The notes: a model not told the origin generated them from the letters alone. A stretch of 64,000 nt of DNA from Nostoc sp. (GCA_036918135.1 JBALDB010000027.1:29559-93558), one strand, 5' to 3'; shown: positions 41,602-53,147, numbered from the stretch's first letter. A program made the numbers and translations.

Positions 41602-44283
41602 ATGAACTCACAAAACAAGCCCAAGAGTCTACAAGATATTCTTAAGCAACGTCAACAATCGGGTTTTGTGGGTCGTGAAGACCAGGTTAACCAATTCCAC
41701 CAAAATCTAGGGTTACCGTTAGAAGATGACCGCCGTCGTTTTTTGTTCAATGTTTGGGGTCAAGGTGGGGTTGGTAAAAGTACCCTGCTACGACAGTTTC
41801 GCAAAATTGCTGATGAAGCAAAAATTATCTCAGCTTACATCGATGAAGCTGAAAAAAGTGTCCCAGAAGTTATGGGTCGTTTAGCTGAAGAGTTAGAACG
41901 GCAAAGTCACAAACTAACGCAGTTTACAGAACGCTACAAAGTTTACCGTCAAAAGCGCCAAGAATTAGAAACCGACCCAGAAGCCCCTCAAGGCTTTTCG
42001 GCTTTTGTAGGCAAAACTGTAGTTAAAACTGGTGTGCGTCTGGCGCGTCGAGTTCCCGTTGGCGGTACTGTATTTGACTTTGTAGATGAAGATGCTTTGG
42101 CTAGCCAAGCCGGAGAATGGGCTTCTTATTTTGCCAAGAAAATAACAAATAAAGACGAGGTGCGCTTAGTTCAAGAACCTGTAGAAATCTTAACCCCGCT
42201 ATTTTTGCAAGATATTTTTAAAATTGCTAAACAAAGTGTTGTTGTTTTGTTTTTTGATACCTATGAGCGCACCGGAGAATTCCTAGATAACTGGCTACGA
42301 GAAATTTTAGAAGGTCGTTACGGTGAAGTATCTCTTAATATATTGATAACCATTGCCGGTCGGCATGAATTAGATAAAAATCATTGGGCACCTTACGAGG
42401 GGTTAATTGTTCGTTTCCCTCTAGAACCCTTTACAGAAGAAGAAGCCCAACAATATCTAACTCGCAAAGGCATTACTAACAGTCGAGTTATTGAAGTGAT
42501 TTTACGCCTTTCTGGAAATTTGCCTCTGCTGGTAGGAATGTTAGCAGATGCTCATCCCAATGACCCTAACCAAGTAGTTGAGCCTAGCAGCAGTGCTGTA
42601 GAACGCTTTTTAAAATGGGTTGATGACCCCAAGCGGCGACAAGTTGCTCTCGATGCTGCCATTCCTCGGTGCTTAAATCGAGATGTTATAGCTAAGCTGA
42701 GAGGAGAAGAAGAAGCTGACGAGTTATTCACTTGGCTCAAAGAAACATCCTTTGTCAACGAACGTACCGATGGCTGGGCTTATCATGATGTGGTTAAAAC
42801 GCAAATGTTACGCCACAAGCGCCTTTCATCGCCGCAAGGTTGGGCTGACATACATGGTAAGTTAGCAGACTATTACGACAGCCTGCGAAACGATCTGCAA
42901 TTGGACGAAGAGAATAAACAGCGCGATCCTAGCTGGCAAACTCACACATTAAACGTGTCATACCACAATTTATGTCAGTCACCGCAAAGGAATTTATCTG
43001 TAGCTCTCAATGAATTTCTAGCTGCACTCAAAAATCAAGGCAAATTTGCCCAACAATATGCAGAAACGATGCTTCAGGCTGGTAAAGATGCAGATTCCTC
43101 TGAAGTTCAGCGTTGGGGTGAGCAACTAGCTAGTGGGTTAAAAGCCTATGACGAGAATTTTTACCAAGTTACATTAGAAATGTTTACCGCAGTCCTACAA
43201 AATTCTAGGATTGAAGTTAAATGGCAACCAATTGCTTTCGGTTGGCGTGGTGAAACTTACCGTTTAATGGAGCGTTACCCACAAGCCCTAGAAGATTTTG
43301 ACCGCGCCATTGAACTTGACCCCGAATATGACTGGGCGATCGCAAGTCGCGGTATAACTTATCGCTCAATGGAGCGTTACACAGAAGCCCTAGAAGATTT
43401 TGACCGCGCCATTGAACTTGACCCTAAATCTGACTGGGCGATCGCAAATCGCGGTATAACTTACCGCCAGATGAAGCGTTACCCAAAAGCCCTAGAAGAT
43501 TTTGACCGTGCCATTGAACTTAATCCCAAATTAGACTGGGCGGTCGCAAGTCGCGGTGAAACTTACCGCTTAATGAAGCATTACCCACAAGCCCTAGAAG
43601 ATTTTGACCACACCATTGAACTTAATCCTAAATTTGACTGGGCGATCGCAAGTCGCGGTCTAACTTACCGCTTAATAAAGAGTTACCCACAAGCTCTCGA
43701 AGATTTTGACTATGCGATTGAACTTAAGCCTAGAGATGGCTGGGCGATTGCACATCGCGGTGAAACTTACCGCTTAATAAAGAGTTACCCACAAGCTCTA
43801 GAAGATTTTGACCGCGCCATAGAACTTAACCCCAAATATGACTGGGCGCTCGCACATCGCGGTTATACTTACCTGATGCTAAAGCTATATAATGAGGCTC
43901 TTACAGATTTCAACCGCGCTATTGACTTAGATTCTGACAGTAATTGGTATTTATATAATCGCGCTTTAGCCTACCAAGCCCTTAACCAACCACATAAAGC
44001 ATGGGCTGACCTAGCACTTGCCATCAAGCTTGCTAAACAGCATTACGAAAAAGATGCTAAAGACTGGTCTAATGCCTTTAACTTAGCCCTTTACTATTTA
44101 GCTGCTCAATATCATCAACCAGCAGAGCGGTTATATATCCATGTTTTATCTCAAGGTGCTTCCTCAGAATCTATTCGTGAAGCTATCCAAGACCTAAATG
44201 ACTTTTTAACCGTGTTCCCCGATCATGTGCAAGCTACATCCATGCGACAGTTGTTGCAGTCTTTTCTAACTGAGGTTGTGTAA
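41602..44283 (+). CDS. AAA/STAND-like P-loop ATPase with C-terminal TPR array
   Basis: FVGRE, Walker A GQGGVGKST, Walker B VVLFFDTYE, IAGR, SGNLPL; 7-8 TPR units. Confidence 0.88.
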   Translation: MNSQNKPKSLQDILKQRQQSGFVGREDQVNQFHQNLGLPLEDDRRRFLFNVWGQGGVGKSTLLRQFRKIADEAKIISAYIDEAEKSVPEVMGRLAEELERQSHKLTQFTERYKVYRQKRQELETDPEAPQGFSAFVGKTVVKTGVRLARRVPVGGTVFDFVDEDALASQAGEWASYFAKKITNKDEVRLVQEPVEILTPLFLQDIFKIAKQSVVVLFFDTYERTGEFLDNWLREILEGRYGEVSLNILITIAGRHELDKNHWAPYEGLIVRFPLEPFTEEEAQQYLTRKGITNSRVIEVILRLSGNLPLLVGMLADAHPNDPNQVVEPSSSAVERFLKWVDDPKRRQVALDAAIPRCLNRDVIAKLRGEEEADELFTWLKETSFVNERTDGWAYHDVVKTQMLRHKRLSSPQGWADIHGKLADYYDSLRNDLQLDEENKQRDPSWQTHTLNVSYHNLCQSPQRNLSVALNEFLAALKNQGKFAQQYAETMLQAGKDADSSEVQRWGEQLASGLKAYDENFYQVTLEMFTAVLQNSRIEVKWQPIAFGWRGETYRLMERYPQALEDFDRAIELDPEYDWAIASRGITYRSMERYTEALEDFDRAIELDPKSDWAIANRGITYRQMKRYPKALEDFDRAIELNPKLDWAVASRGETYRLMKHYPQALEDFDHTIELNPKFDWAIASRGLTYRLIKSYPQALEDFDYAIELKPRDGWAIAHRGETYRLIKSYPQALEDFDRAIELNPKYDWALAHRGYTYLMLKLYNEALTDFNRAIDLDSDSNWYLYNRALAYQALNQPHKAWADLALAIKLAKQHYEKDAKDWSNAFNLALYYLAAQYHQPAERLYIHVLSQGASSESIREAIQDLNDFLTVFPDHVQATSMRQLLQSFLTEVV
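43234..43947 (+). repeat. Seven 102-bp TPR-coding tandem units
   Basis: Period of 102 nt with near-identical CAAGCCCTAGAAGATTTTGACCGCGCCATTGAACTT cores. Confidence 0.92.
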
Positions 44284-44384
44284 TTTTCACTATAAATTGT
44301 GAAGTGATACTTGCAGGGGGCTACGCCTACGCCTTTACATTATGTCCGTTTAATGACAATATGTAGGCGATCGCTGAATATAAT

Positions 44385-44554
44385 CCCTCTTTTGTCACTT
44401 TCGGCAGAGAATAATCTCAAACCCTTGTTTTTACGTTTTTTTTGCAACAAGGTAATTTCAATGAAAAAATGGGGATGCGATCGCTCAATTCTTGATTAAG
44501 TCTGAGTCTCAAGATCAGGTAATATTTTTCTCTCCCCAGAGTGACAAAAGAGGG
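44385..44554. mobile_element. 170-bp MITE with 15-bp perfect TIR and 5-bp TSD
   Basis: ATAAT|CCCTCTTTTGTCACT ... AGTGACAAAAGAGGG|ATAAT; imperfect TIR extends to about 31 bp. Confidence 0.9.
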
Positions 44555-44652
44555 ATAATTGTGTATAAATATAGTGCTTGAAGCTTGCGTCAAATACAAG
44601 CGATCGTAATTCTGTATTCCTACGGTATCAGCCAAGTAAAAAGGGGATTTAT

Positions 44653-45132
44653 CTAAATCCACTCAAATCCCTGTGTGACTAAAAATTCTTTAGCTGGTTC
44701 CAAAGTATCTTTGCTTAAAATCAGGGTGACTTTTGGAGAACTAACATACAAACGAAAACGTTTAATACTAAATAGTTGGTTAATAGGTTCAATTTTTTTA
44801 ATGGCACTCCAGGGAATCAACAATGGCGTAAGTCCAAAGCTAAACAACGGAAAAATACTCAAATAAATCCCTTGAGCAGTTATACCAACATTTAAAGTTC
44901 CTTTGTAATCTATCAACCTCACACAACCGCCTTGCATTCGTGAGAGGTTTTGTGGCGGCGCTTGTTTCGTGCGGTAGAGTTTAGCGAGGCGATTCCAGTC
45001 ATGACAATATGCAAAAATCATGACTATCATGCCAAGCGGAAAAAAACGAAGTGTATCCAATGAGATATGTGTGGCATTTGTTTTTAAGCTACGGACGATT
45101 GACGCTTCAGTGTAAGCGATGTCCAATGACAA
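44653..45132 (-). CDS. Hypothetical membrane-associated protein (start uncertain, possibly eroded)
   Basis: WNRLAKLYR...YKGTLNVG...GIYLSIFPLF...PLLIPWSAI pattern. Confidence 0.55.
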   Translation of the reverse strand: MSLDIAYTEASIVRSLKTNATHISLDTLRFFPLGMIVMIFAYCHDWNRLAKLYRTKQAPPQNLSRMQGGCVRLIDYKGTLNVGITAQGIYLSIFPLFSFGLTPLLIPWSAIKKIEPINQLFSIKRFRLYVSSPKVTLILSKDTLEPAKEFLVTQGFEWI

Positions 45133-45237
45133 GTCTCTCTAAGTCTATGTACTCACCAATAAACCGCATCCTCTTGAATCTTTCCAAATTATGGGAGTAT
45201 CCAGGTTAAAAATTGTTAATAAAAACCTTCTTAAATT

Positions 45238-45269
45238 AAAAAACTGGCCTTAATTAAAGCCAGTTTTTT
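45238..45269. terminator. Intrinsic terminator
   Basis: AAAAAACTGGC-N10-GCCAGTTTTTT. Confidence 0.75.
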
Positions 45270-45378
45270 GATTTTATTGCAAACTTCTAGCAAAGCTTAC
45301 AGCCGAGTATCAAGGAAACACAGTAAAAAACTTACTATTAAATTTTCTCATTAATTAGTTAACTTTTTACTATCAATC

Positions 45379-46035
45379 TCAGCAAAACTTAGGATTAACT
45401 ATTGTTACTTCGCTGAAAGTCTCTGGTTGTGCTTCTGAACCTTTGTCTGCAAAATGCTTATTTATCAGCGCTGGAACTTGTGGTGCTTGAATATGGCTGT
45501 AGCGGGTTTTATCTGGCATAACTAAGTTTGGGCCGGCTTTGCAGTTCTTCATACAACCAGTGCCCTTGATTGTAACTTGGTCTTCTAAACCGCGATCGCT
45601 CAAAGCTGCTTCCAACGCTTGACAAACTGCTTTACCACCGCGTTTCATGCAATCAGACTTTTGACACACTAAAATCGTCGCTTTAGTCTTGGTTGGTTTT
45701 ACCTTAACCCGATCAATTGATGGTGGTTCTTGTGATGCAGCGATGGTTTGAACTCTCGCCATTTCCGGACGCGCTGCCATCACACGTTCAGCTTTAAATG
45801 TAACTTTGTCTTTTTTTATATCGTACTTTTTATAACCAACCACTTGTAACCAAGTACCTGGTAGTAGCCGCAAATCAAAAGCAGCCCGTAAATGTTTAGC
45901 TAGTTTAATGTAGCATTCACCCTCAGAAGTACTCAGTAGTAAACCTTTGAGTTGATAGCCATCTTTAATAACAAAATCTATAAATCTGCCCTCAAGGCTA
46001 AATTCTGATACTTTTATACTGTGAGATCCACCCAT
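45379..46035 (-). CDS. Thioredoxin-like (2Fe-2S) ferredoxin domain protein
   Basis: ILVCQKSDC...TGCMKNCKAGPN. Confidence 0.85.
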   Translation of the reverse strand: MGGSHSIKVSEFSLEGRFIDFVIKDGYQLKGLLLSTSEGECYIKLAKHLRAAFDLRLLPGTWLQVVGYKKYDIKKDKVTFKAERVMAARPEMARVQTIAASQEPPSIDRVKVKPTKTKATILVCQKSDCMKRGGKAVCQALEAALSDRGLEDQVTIKGTGCMKNCKAGPNLVMPDKTRYSHIQAPQVPALINKHFADKGSEAQPETFSEVTIVNPKFC

Positions 46036-46114
46036 TTTTTAACCTCCTCTTATCACTAATACAAGTTATTTACTGAGATATTTTCAACACCAGAGTTAAG
46101 ACTGGCAATCTAGA

Positions 46115-46372
46115 TTAGAACTTTTGGTAACGGCATTTCCAGCAGCATTCAAGAGTCCAAATCTCGTCTTGACGAGAGCTTGTGAATCGCCGGATAACAC
46201 TCCAAAGTTGAACAGCCGCAGTTACAGAGCCAATTTCAACTTCCAATGGCTGATTAGTCGCACAACTACAGGGAATATCTAACTCCTTTAGGCGGTGATA
46301 AACTTGCCAGCGGTCTGCCCAATTCACCTCTACAAAGTGCTTGTTTTCTATTTCTGAACTAAATGATTTCAA
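46115..46372 (-). CDS. Asr1405/Asl0597 family small protein (TTG start likely)
   Basis: VNWADRWQVYHRLKELDIPCSC...QLWSV...LECCW. Confidence 0.75.
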   Translation of the reverse strand: MKSFSSEIENKHFVEVNWADRWQVYHRLKELDIPCSCATNQPLEVEIGSVTAAVQLWSVIRRFTSSRQDEIWTLECCWKCRYQKF

Positions 46373-46480
46373 GAGAATTGCCCTCAAAATGCAACAAACT
46401 TGCAGTAAATACCGCGAGATAGCTTTTTACTTTTTGTAAAGTCTTAAAAGTTTAAACTCTTAGAACCAGCATACATTAAG

Positions 46481-46499
46481 TGCAAACAATTCTCAATAA
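46481..46499. promoter_or_regulatory. Possible Fur box between the Asr1405-like/2Fe-2S operon and dps
   Basis: Reverse complement TTATTGAGAATTGTTTGCA, partial match to TGATAATnATTATCA; iron-related flanking genes. Confidence 0.45.
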
Positions 46500-46794
46500 A
46501 ATTTGAAAAAAAAATAAAATGCGGCATTGGAGTGCTGAATTAAGAGTAGAGACACGATTAATCACGTCTGTACAAGAGTTACTTTCCCCCAACCCTTCCC
46601 ACACTCCTTATATTTCCTACATTTCCCACTCCTGACTCCACTAACATCATTCAACAAACAAATAAACTTGAGAGTTTTTGTAGCGAATAATTCAAAATTT
46701 AGTATAGCGAATTGTTCTTGTCATTACTGTGAAAATGTTAATATATAAAGACTAAGCAGTTAAAAGCTGTAACTGCTAAAGAGCGAGGAGAATA

Positions 46795-47349
46795 ATGTCT
46801 GAAACGCGAACTTTGTTACGAAATTTCGGTCATGTGTATGACAATCCCATATTGTTGGATCACAGCGTAACTGCGCCAGTTACAGAAGGATTTAACGTTG
46901 TATTAGCTAGTTTCCAAGCACTTTACTTGCAGTATCAAAAGCATCATTTTGTAGTTGAAGGTGCAGAATTTTACTCTTTGCATGAGTTTTTTAACGAAAG
47001 CTACAATGAAGTGCAAGACCACGTCCATGAAATTGGAGAGCGCTTGGATGGTCTGGGTGGTGTACCAGTTGCCACCTTCAGCAAACTCGCAGAATTAACT
47101 TGTTTTGAACAAGAATCTGAGGGCGTATATTCTGCCCGCCAAATGGTAGAAAATGACCTAGCTGCCGAACAAGCAATTATTGGTGTAATTCGCCGCCAAG
47201 CTGCTCAGGCAGAGAGTTTAGGAGATAGAGCTACACGCTATCTCTACGAAAAGATTTTGTTGAAAACTGAGGAACGTGCTTATCATTTGTCCCACTTCCT
47301 CGCTAAAGACAGCTTAACTTTAGGGTTTGTCCAAGCTGCTCAAATCTAA
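46795..47349 (+). CDS. dps: Dps family ferritin-like protein
   Basis: [19 protein letters not shown] and HEIGERL ferroxidase-region motifs. Confidence 0.92.
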   Translation: MSETRTLLRNFGHVYDNPILLDHSVTAPVTEGFNVVLASFQALYLQYQKHHFVVEGAEFYSLHEFFNESYNEVQDHVHEIGERLDGLGGVPVATFSKLAELTCFEQESEGVYSARQMVENDLAAEQAIIGVIRRQAAQAESLGDRATRYLYEKILLKTEERAYHLSHFLAKDSLTLGFVQAAQI

Positions 47350-47420
47350 AACTCTCATAATTTAGATTTTTCTATCTTCAGCGAAAGAAAAATCAGCAGT
47401 ATTAACTCTTAAAATACTAT

Positions 47421-47464
47421 AAAAAATGGCAGAGAGTAGCACTCCTATCTCTCTGCTATTTTTA
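47421..47464 (+). terminator. Intrinsic terminator after dps
   Basis: AAAAAATGGCAGAGAG...CTCTCTGCTATTTTTT. Confidence 0.75.
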
Positions 47465-47859
47465 ATTTAAGTCAACATCATTGATATCATATTTAATATT
47501 GAAAATATTTAGCAGTTAGTTAACTAATAGAAATTTTGATTACAGCAATTTATCGATCCTTAATAGCCAAACAGATATTTGCCGTAATAAATCAGGGTTT
47601 GTTGATAATTATGATTAAATTAAATAAAATATCTTCGCAAGAACTGTAAGAAATTGAGCATCACAATTAAATAAAATTAAGAATACAAAATGGTGACGAG
47701 GGATTGAGGATTGGGGATTGGGATTTGAGTATTTGGAAAGCAGTCCTCAGTCGCTAATTCCCCTACCAAGTTAGAAAACTTAATAACAAAAAGCACGATA
47801 GAGGGTAAAGACCCTTAAAATAATCAGGATTTGTATTCTCATACTCCAAGGCAACTGCT

Positions 47860-50800
47860 ATGCCCCGCCGTGATGACCTCCGGAAGATTCTACTGTTAGG
47901 CTCTGGTCCAATTGTGATCGGACAAGCCTGTGAGTTTGACTACTCTGGCACGCAAGCCTGCAAAGCGCTGCGAGAAGAAGGCTATGAAGTGGTATTGGTC
48001 AACTCTAACCCTGCAACGATTATGACCGACCCGGAAACAGCCGATCGCACTTACATTGAGCCGCTAACTCCGGAATTAGTCGAAAAAGTAATCGCTAAAG
48101 AACGCCCTGATGCTCTCCTGCCAACGATGGGAGGACAAACTGCCCTAAATATCGCTGTTGCTTTAGCCAAAAATGGCGTGTTGGAACAGTACAGCGTTGA
48201 GTTAATCGGCGCTAAACTGCCAGCCATTGAAAAAGCCGAAGACAGAAAACTTTTTGGTGAGGCTATGGCAAGGATCGGGGTAGCTGTCTGTCCTAGTGGC
48301 ACGGCTGAATCTTTAGAAGAAGCAAAAGCGATCGCCCACAAAATTGGTACTTATCCCCTAATTATTCGTCCTGCCTTCACAATGGGTGGAAGTGGTGGCG
48401 GTATTGCCTATAACCAAGAAGAATTTGAAGAAATGGCACAGGTCGGTATAGATGCTAGCCCTGTTTCGCAAATTCTCATTGACCAGTCTTTACTCGGCTG
48501 GAAAGAATACGAACTCGAAGTGATGCGCGATTTGGCAGATAACGTCGTGATTATCTGCTCCATCGAAAACCTTGACCCTATGGGCATTCACACCGGAGAC
48601 TCAATTACCGTTGCTCCCGCGCAAACCCTCACTGATAAAGAATATCAAAGGCTGCGGGATATGGCAATCAAAATCATCCGCGAGATAGGTGTAGAAACTG
48701 GTGGTTCTAATATTCAATTTGCTGTTAATCCTGTGACTGGGGATGTGGTGGTGATTGAAATGAACCCCCGCGTTTCTCGCAGTTCGGCTTTATCTTCTAA
48801 AGCTACGGGTTTCCCGATTGCCAAAATGGCAGCAAAGTTAGCGGTAGGCTACACCTTGGATGAAATTAAAAATGACATCACAAAGAAAACTCCGGCATCC
48901 TTTGAACCAACAATTGACTACGTAGTTACAAAAATACCCCGCTTCGCCTTTGAAAAGTTCCCTGGTTCCGAACCAGTGCTGACAACCCAAATGAAGTCAG
49001 TTGGGGAAGCAATGGCAATTGGACGGACTTTCAACGAATCCTTCCAAAAGGCGTTGCGTTCTCTGGAAACGGGACGTGCTGGCTGGGGTTGCGACAAAGC
49101 CGAAAAATTACCCAGTGGCGAACAAATTCGTGCCCTACTACGGACACCGAATCCCGATCGCATTTTTGCTGTACGTCATGCCTTGCAGTTAGGAATCACT
49201 GCCCAGGAAATCTACGAACTTACTGGTATCGACCCGTGGTTCCTCGATAAAATGCAGCAAATTCTTGATGTGGAGAAATTCCTCAAGCGCACATCTTTAA
49301 AGCAATTGACAAAAGAGCAACTTTATGAGGTGAAAAGGAATGGATTTAGCGATCGCCAGATTGCTTATGCTACCAAAACCACTGAAGATGAAGTCCGCAG
49401 CTATCGCCAACAACTAGAAATTATCCCAGTTTACAAAACTGTGGACACCTGTGCAGCAGAGTTTGAAGCGTTTACCCCTTACTACTATTCTACCTACGAA
49501 CAAGAAACAGAAGTCTTACCAGCAACTAAGCCCAAAGTACTGATTTTAGGTGGTGGCCCTAACCGCATTGGTCAAGGAATTGAGTTTGACTATTGTTGTT
49601 GTCACGCTGCCTATGCTTTGAAAGCAGCCGGATACGAGACGATTATGGTTAACTCTAACCCAGAGACAGTTTCCACAGATTATGATACCAGCGATCGCCT
49701 TTATTTCGAGCCGTTAACAAAAGAAGATGTCCTGAATATCATCGAAACTGAAAATCCTGTAGGCATAATAGTCCAGTTTGGCGGCCAAACACCACTGAAG
49801 TTGGCAGTTCCCCTCCAGCAGTATTTGCAGGGAATGGGGACTGGGGAGAGTTCCCAATCCCCAATTCCCAAAATTTGGGGTACATCACCAGATTCCATCG
49901 ACATGGCAGAAAACCGAGAGCGGTTTGAAAAGATTCTCAAAGAGTTGAATATTGCTCAACCGCCGAATGGTATTGCTCGTAGTTACGAAGATGCGCTGAT
50001 TGTCGCCAAACGCATTGGCTATCCGGTGGTGGTGCGTCCCAGTTATGTTTTGGGGGGACGGGCGATGGAAATCGTCTATTCTGATGCAGAGTTGGAACGC
50101 TACATGACCTTTGCGGTGCAGGTAGAGCCAGACCATCCAATTTTAATTGATAAGTTTTTAGAAAATGCTATCGAAGTTGATGTTGATGCGATCGCCGACC
50201 ATACAGGACGGGTCGTAATTGGCGGTATTATGGAACACATCGAACAAGCAGGAATTCACTCAGGAGATTCTGCTTGTTCCTTACCTTCAATTTCCTTACC
50301 ACCCGCAGTTCTCAACCAAATTCGCACTTGGACAGTGCAGCTAGCACAGGCGTTGTCAGTGGTGGGCTTAATGAATATTCAATTTGCCGTCGTTGGTGCA
50401 AGCGGCTATTCTCCCCAAGTTTACATTCTAGAAGCCAACCCCCGCGCCTCCCGCACAGTACCATTTGTTTCTAAAGCAACGGGTGTCCAGTTAGCCAAAC
50501 TAGCATCCTTAATTATGTCAGGTAAAACTTTAGAGGAGCTACGTTTTACCGAGGAAATTATTCCATCCCATATTGCTGTCAAAGAAGCCGTATTACCCTT
50601 TAATAAATTTCCTGGAACTGATACAATATTAGGCCCAGAAATGCGCTCCACTGGTGAGGTGATGGGGATTGACAGCGACTTTGGACGAGCGTTTGCCAAA
50701 GCTGAAATGGCTGCTGGGGAGCGTTTACCTTTGAGTGGAACCGTGTTTGTATCAATGAGCGATCGTGATAAAGCCGCTGCTGGGATTGTGGTGAAGGAAT

Positions 50801-51141
50801 TTATCGATTTGGGCTTTAAGGTGATGGCTACACTTGGTACACGCCGGGTTCTTCTCGAACAGGGATTAAATGTTGAATTAGTACTTAAACTCCATGAAGG
50901 CCGACCCCACGTCCTAGATGCAATCAAAAATCAAAAAATCCAACTGATTATCAACACACCCTCAGGCGAGGAAGCCCAGACCGACGCGAGGTTAATCCGT
51001 CGCACAGCCTTAGCTTATAAAATTCCCATTATAACTACCATTGCTGGTGCAAAAGCTACCGTCGCCGCCATCCGTTCCTTACAAAATACCACCTTGGATG
51101 TAAAAGTTATCCAAGATTACTGCAAGATGGTCAGCGACTAG
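47860..51141 (+). CDS. carB: Carbamoyl-phosphate synthase large subunit
   Basis: [17 protein letters not shown], duplicated ATP-grasp domains, MGS domain. Confidence 0.98.
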   Translation: MPRRDDLRKILLLGSGPIVIGQACEFDYSGTQACKALREEGYEVVLVNSNPATIMTDPETADRTYIEPLTPELVEKVIAKERPDALLPTMGGQTALNIAVALAKNGVLEQYSVELIGAKLPAIEKAEDRKLFGEAMARIGVAVCPSGTAESLEEAKAIAHKIGTYPLIIRPAFTMGGSGGGIAYNQEEFEEMAQVGIDASPVSQILIDQSLLGWKEYELEVMRDLADNVVIICSIENLDPMGIHTGDSITVAPAQTLTDKEYQRLRDMAIKIIREIGVETGGSNIQFAVNPVTGDVVVIEMNPRVSRSSALSSKATGFPIAKMAAKLAVGYTLDEIKNDITKKTPASFEPTIDYVVTKIPRFAFEKFPGSEPVLTTQMKSVGEAMAIGRTFNESFQKALRSLETGRAGWGCDKAEKLPSGEQIRALLRTPNPDRIFAVRHALQLGITAQEIYELTGIDPWFLDKMQQILDVEKFLKRTSLKQLTKEQLYEVKRNGFSDRQIAYATKTTEDEVRSYRQQLEIIPVYKTVDTCAAEFEAFTPYYYSTYEQETEVLPATKPKVLILGGGPNRIGQGIEFDYCCCHAAYALKAAGYETIMVNSNPETVSTDYDTSDRLYFEPLTKEDVLNIIETENPVGIIVQFGGQTPLKLAVPLQQYLQGMGTGESSQSPIPKIWGTSPDSIDMAENRERFEKILKELNIAQPPNGIARSYEDALIVAKRIGYPVVVRPSYVLGGRAMEIVYSDAELERYMTFAVQVEPDHPILIDKFLENAIEVDVDAIADHTGRVVIGGIMEHIEQAGIHSGDSACSLPSISLPPAVLNQIRTWTVQLAQALSVVGLMNIQFAVVGASGYSPQVYILEANPRASRTVPFVSKATGVQLAKLASLIMSGKTLEELRFTEEIIPSHIAVKEAVLPFNKFPGTDTILGPEMRSTGEVMGIDSDFGRAFAKAEMAAGERLPLSGTVFVSMSDRDKAAAGIVVKEFIDLGFKVMATLGTRRVLLEQGLNVELVLKLHEGRPHVLDAIKNQKIQLIINTPSGEEAQTDARLIRRTALAYKIPIITTIAGAKATVAAIRSLQNTTLDVKVIQDYCKMVSD

Positions 51142-51362
51142 GGATTGGGCATTGAGTGTAGGGTAGGGAGGTGGGGAGATAGGGAAGTGTGGGGAGAGAG
51201 GGGATGGGGAAGTGTGGGGAGTGTGGGAGGACAAGGGGGAAAGATTTCCTCCCCTTCCTCCCACACCTTCCTATGCCCTGCGTCTTCTCCATCCTCCCAC
51301 TCCTACATTTCTTCCCCATCCTCCCACACCTCCCACACTCCCTGTTTGCCCCATGCCCCCAG
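51142..51362 (+). repeat. Dispersed G-rich/C-rich palindromic element, copy D
   Basis: GTGTGGGGA units, GGGGAAAGATTTCCTCCCC, TTCCCCATCCTCCCACACCTCCCACACTCCCTGTTTG. Confidence 0.85.
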
Positions 51363-51831
51363 CCACCAAAAATTAAACAATTGTTATAAGAGAATGACTA
51401 TATTTCTCATTGAGATATTTTAACAAATATGAGTGAATTTCTTTAAGCCGGGTAAGTTGTGAAATTACCACTTAGAAAGACTTTAAGGGAAAAATACTAC
51501 TGGGTAGGTCTGGAACAACCAGGAAATTTATCCAAGTATATAGCCAAAACCTTCTCACAAAGGTTACAATTGTTAATATTAGTCCTATAGAAAAATGTTT
51601 AAAAAATTACCTTTTATCTAACTGTAGATACTTGTGAAAATTAAGAAATAACTGTAACTTTTAGCAATTAAGAAGCTCAATTTAAATTTTTTATGAGCAG
51701 CCGAATATTTCGGGCGCGTAAGTTGCAAACCATAACATGGGTTCCCAGCTTGACTGGGTAGAATCCACATCAGAGCATCTATCCCCTAATGACCCTACCG
51801 TCAAACTCATAATTTACCAAAGAGTAGCGCC

Positions 51832-52788
51832 ATGAAGACCGCTCAGACAGCCACAGACCTCGTGCGGACTTACCTGCGTGAGATTGGCCGTGTGCCACTC
51901 TTAACCCACGAGGAAGAGATTTTCTATGGCAAGCAGGTGCAACGTTCAACCGCCTTGCACGAATTGCGGGAAACTCTTGCCATCCAGTCAGGTCATCAAC
52001 CAACTTTAGAAGAGTGGGCGAAAGCAACAAAACTAGAACCAGCAGAGTTGAACGAAGCGATCGCCGATGGTGAAATTGCCAAGCGCAAAATGGTAGAAGC
52101 CAATTTGCGGCTGGTAGTCTCCGTTGCCAAAAAGTATATCAAGCGCAATGTCGATTTACTTGATTTGATCCAAGAAGGTAGTATCGGTATGCAACGTGGC
52201 GTGGAAAAGTTTGACCCCACGAAAGGCTACAGGTTTTCTACCTATGCCTATTGGTGGATTCGCCAAGCTATCACTCGTGCTATAGCTGAAAAAGCTCGCA
52301 CCATTCGGCTGCCTATTCATATAACTGAAAAATTAAATAAAATTAAAAAGGCACAGCGACAACTGTCTCAAAAATTGGGACGCGCTCCCACAGCTAGTGA
52401 GCTAGCTCAAGAATTAGAATTAACGCCCAAGCAAGTACGAGAGTATTTAGAAAAGGCGCGGTTGCCCCTTTCCTTAGATTTGCGCTTAGGTGATAACTAC
52501 GATACCGAACTCGGAGAAATGCTAGAAGATCCAGGAGCTTCTCCAGAAGAGTTTGTCATGCAATCTTCCCTATCTTATGACTTAGAGCGTCTGATGGGCG
52601 ACCTCACGCCACAACAGAAGGAAGTAATCGCGCTGCGGTTTGGGTTAAGTGACGGACAAGCGCTGACTCTTGCAAGAATTGGGGAAATCCTTAACATTAG
52701 TCGGGAACGAGTCCGGCAAATCGAGCGGGAAGCCTTAACCAAACTTCGTAAGTCTAAAGCAAACATGGATGAGTATTTAGCAAGTTAG
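51832..52788 (+). CDS. sigD: Group 2 RNA polymerase sigma factor (SigD-like)
   Basis: [39 protein letters not shown] and SRERVRQIE; lacks region 1.1. Confidence 0.8.
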   Translation: MKTAQTATDLVRTYLREIGRVPLLTHEEEIFYGKQVQRSTALHELRETLAIQSGHQPTLEEWAKATKLEPAELNEAIADGEIAKRKMVEANLRLVVSVAKKYIKRNVDLLDLIQEGSIGMQRGVEKFDPTKGYRFSTYAYWWIRQAITRAIAEKARTIRLPIHITEKLNKIKKAQRQLSQKLGRAPTASELAQELELTPKQVREYLEKARLPLSLDLRLGDNYDTELGEMLEDPGASPEEFVMQSSLSYDLERLMGDLTPQQKEVIALRFGLSDGQALTLARIGEILNISRERVRQIEREALTKLRKSKANMDEYLAS

Positions 52789-53033
52789 TCATTAGTCATT
52801 TGTCTTTTGTCCTCTCTTACAAAGTTCTGAGCCAAGGAAACCTTGGCTCAATGCCACAAGATTCCGACGCAGGGCGTTGAGGTAGCAGTGGCTCGACTTT
52901 GCGCTTTGTTCTTTGTTGTTTATTTGTTAACAACGAGCGACGAATGACTAATGACTAATGACTACTGAGCAATTGGTGAGAAAATACGCCGCTTTTGGTA
53001 CGGTTACACCCACTTCGGTTGGTAAGCTAGCCT

Positions 53034-53051
53034 GTTACATTAATTTACAGG
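53034..53051 (+). promoter_or_regulatory. HLR1-like (RpaB) direct repeat upstream of DUF760 gene
   Basis: GTTACATT-AA-TTTACAGG. Confidence 0.5.
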
Positions 53052-53147
53052 AAGACCAAATAGCCTAGCTAAGTCAAATCCAGAAAAGGCATTTGGTTTC
53101 CAAAGCACAAATACTGTAGCTAGAAATAGTAGTCAAGGAGATTAAAA

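Noticed and set aside
43234..43947. Diversity-generating retroelement target
   Set aside because: No reverse transcriptase or separate template repeat in the window; tandem duplication explains the pattern.
44417..44662. 81-aa minus-strand ORF
   Set aside because: It runs into the MITE and has no recognisable protein features.
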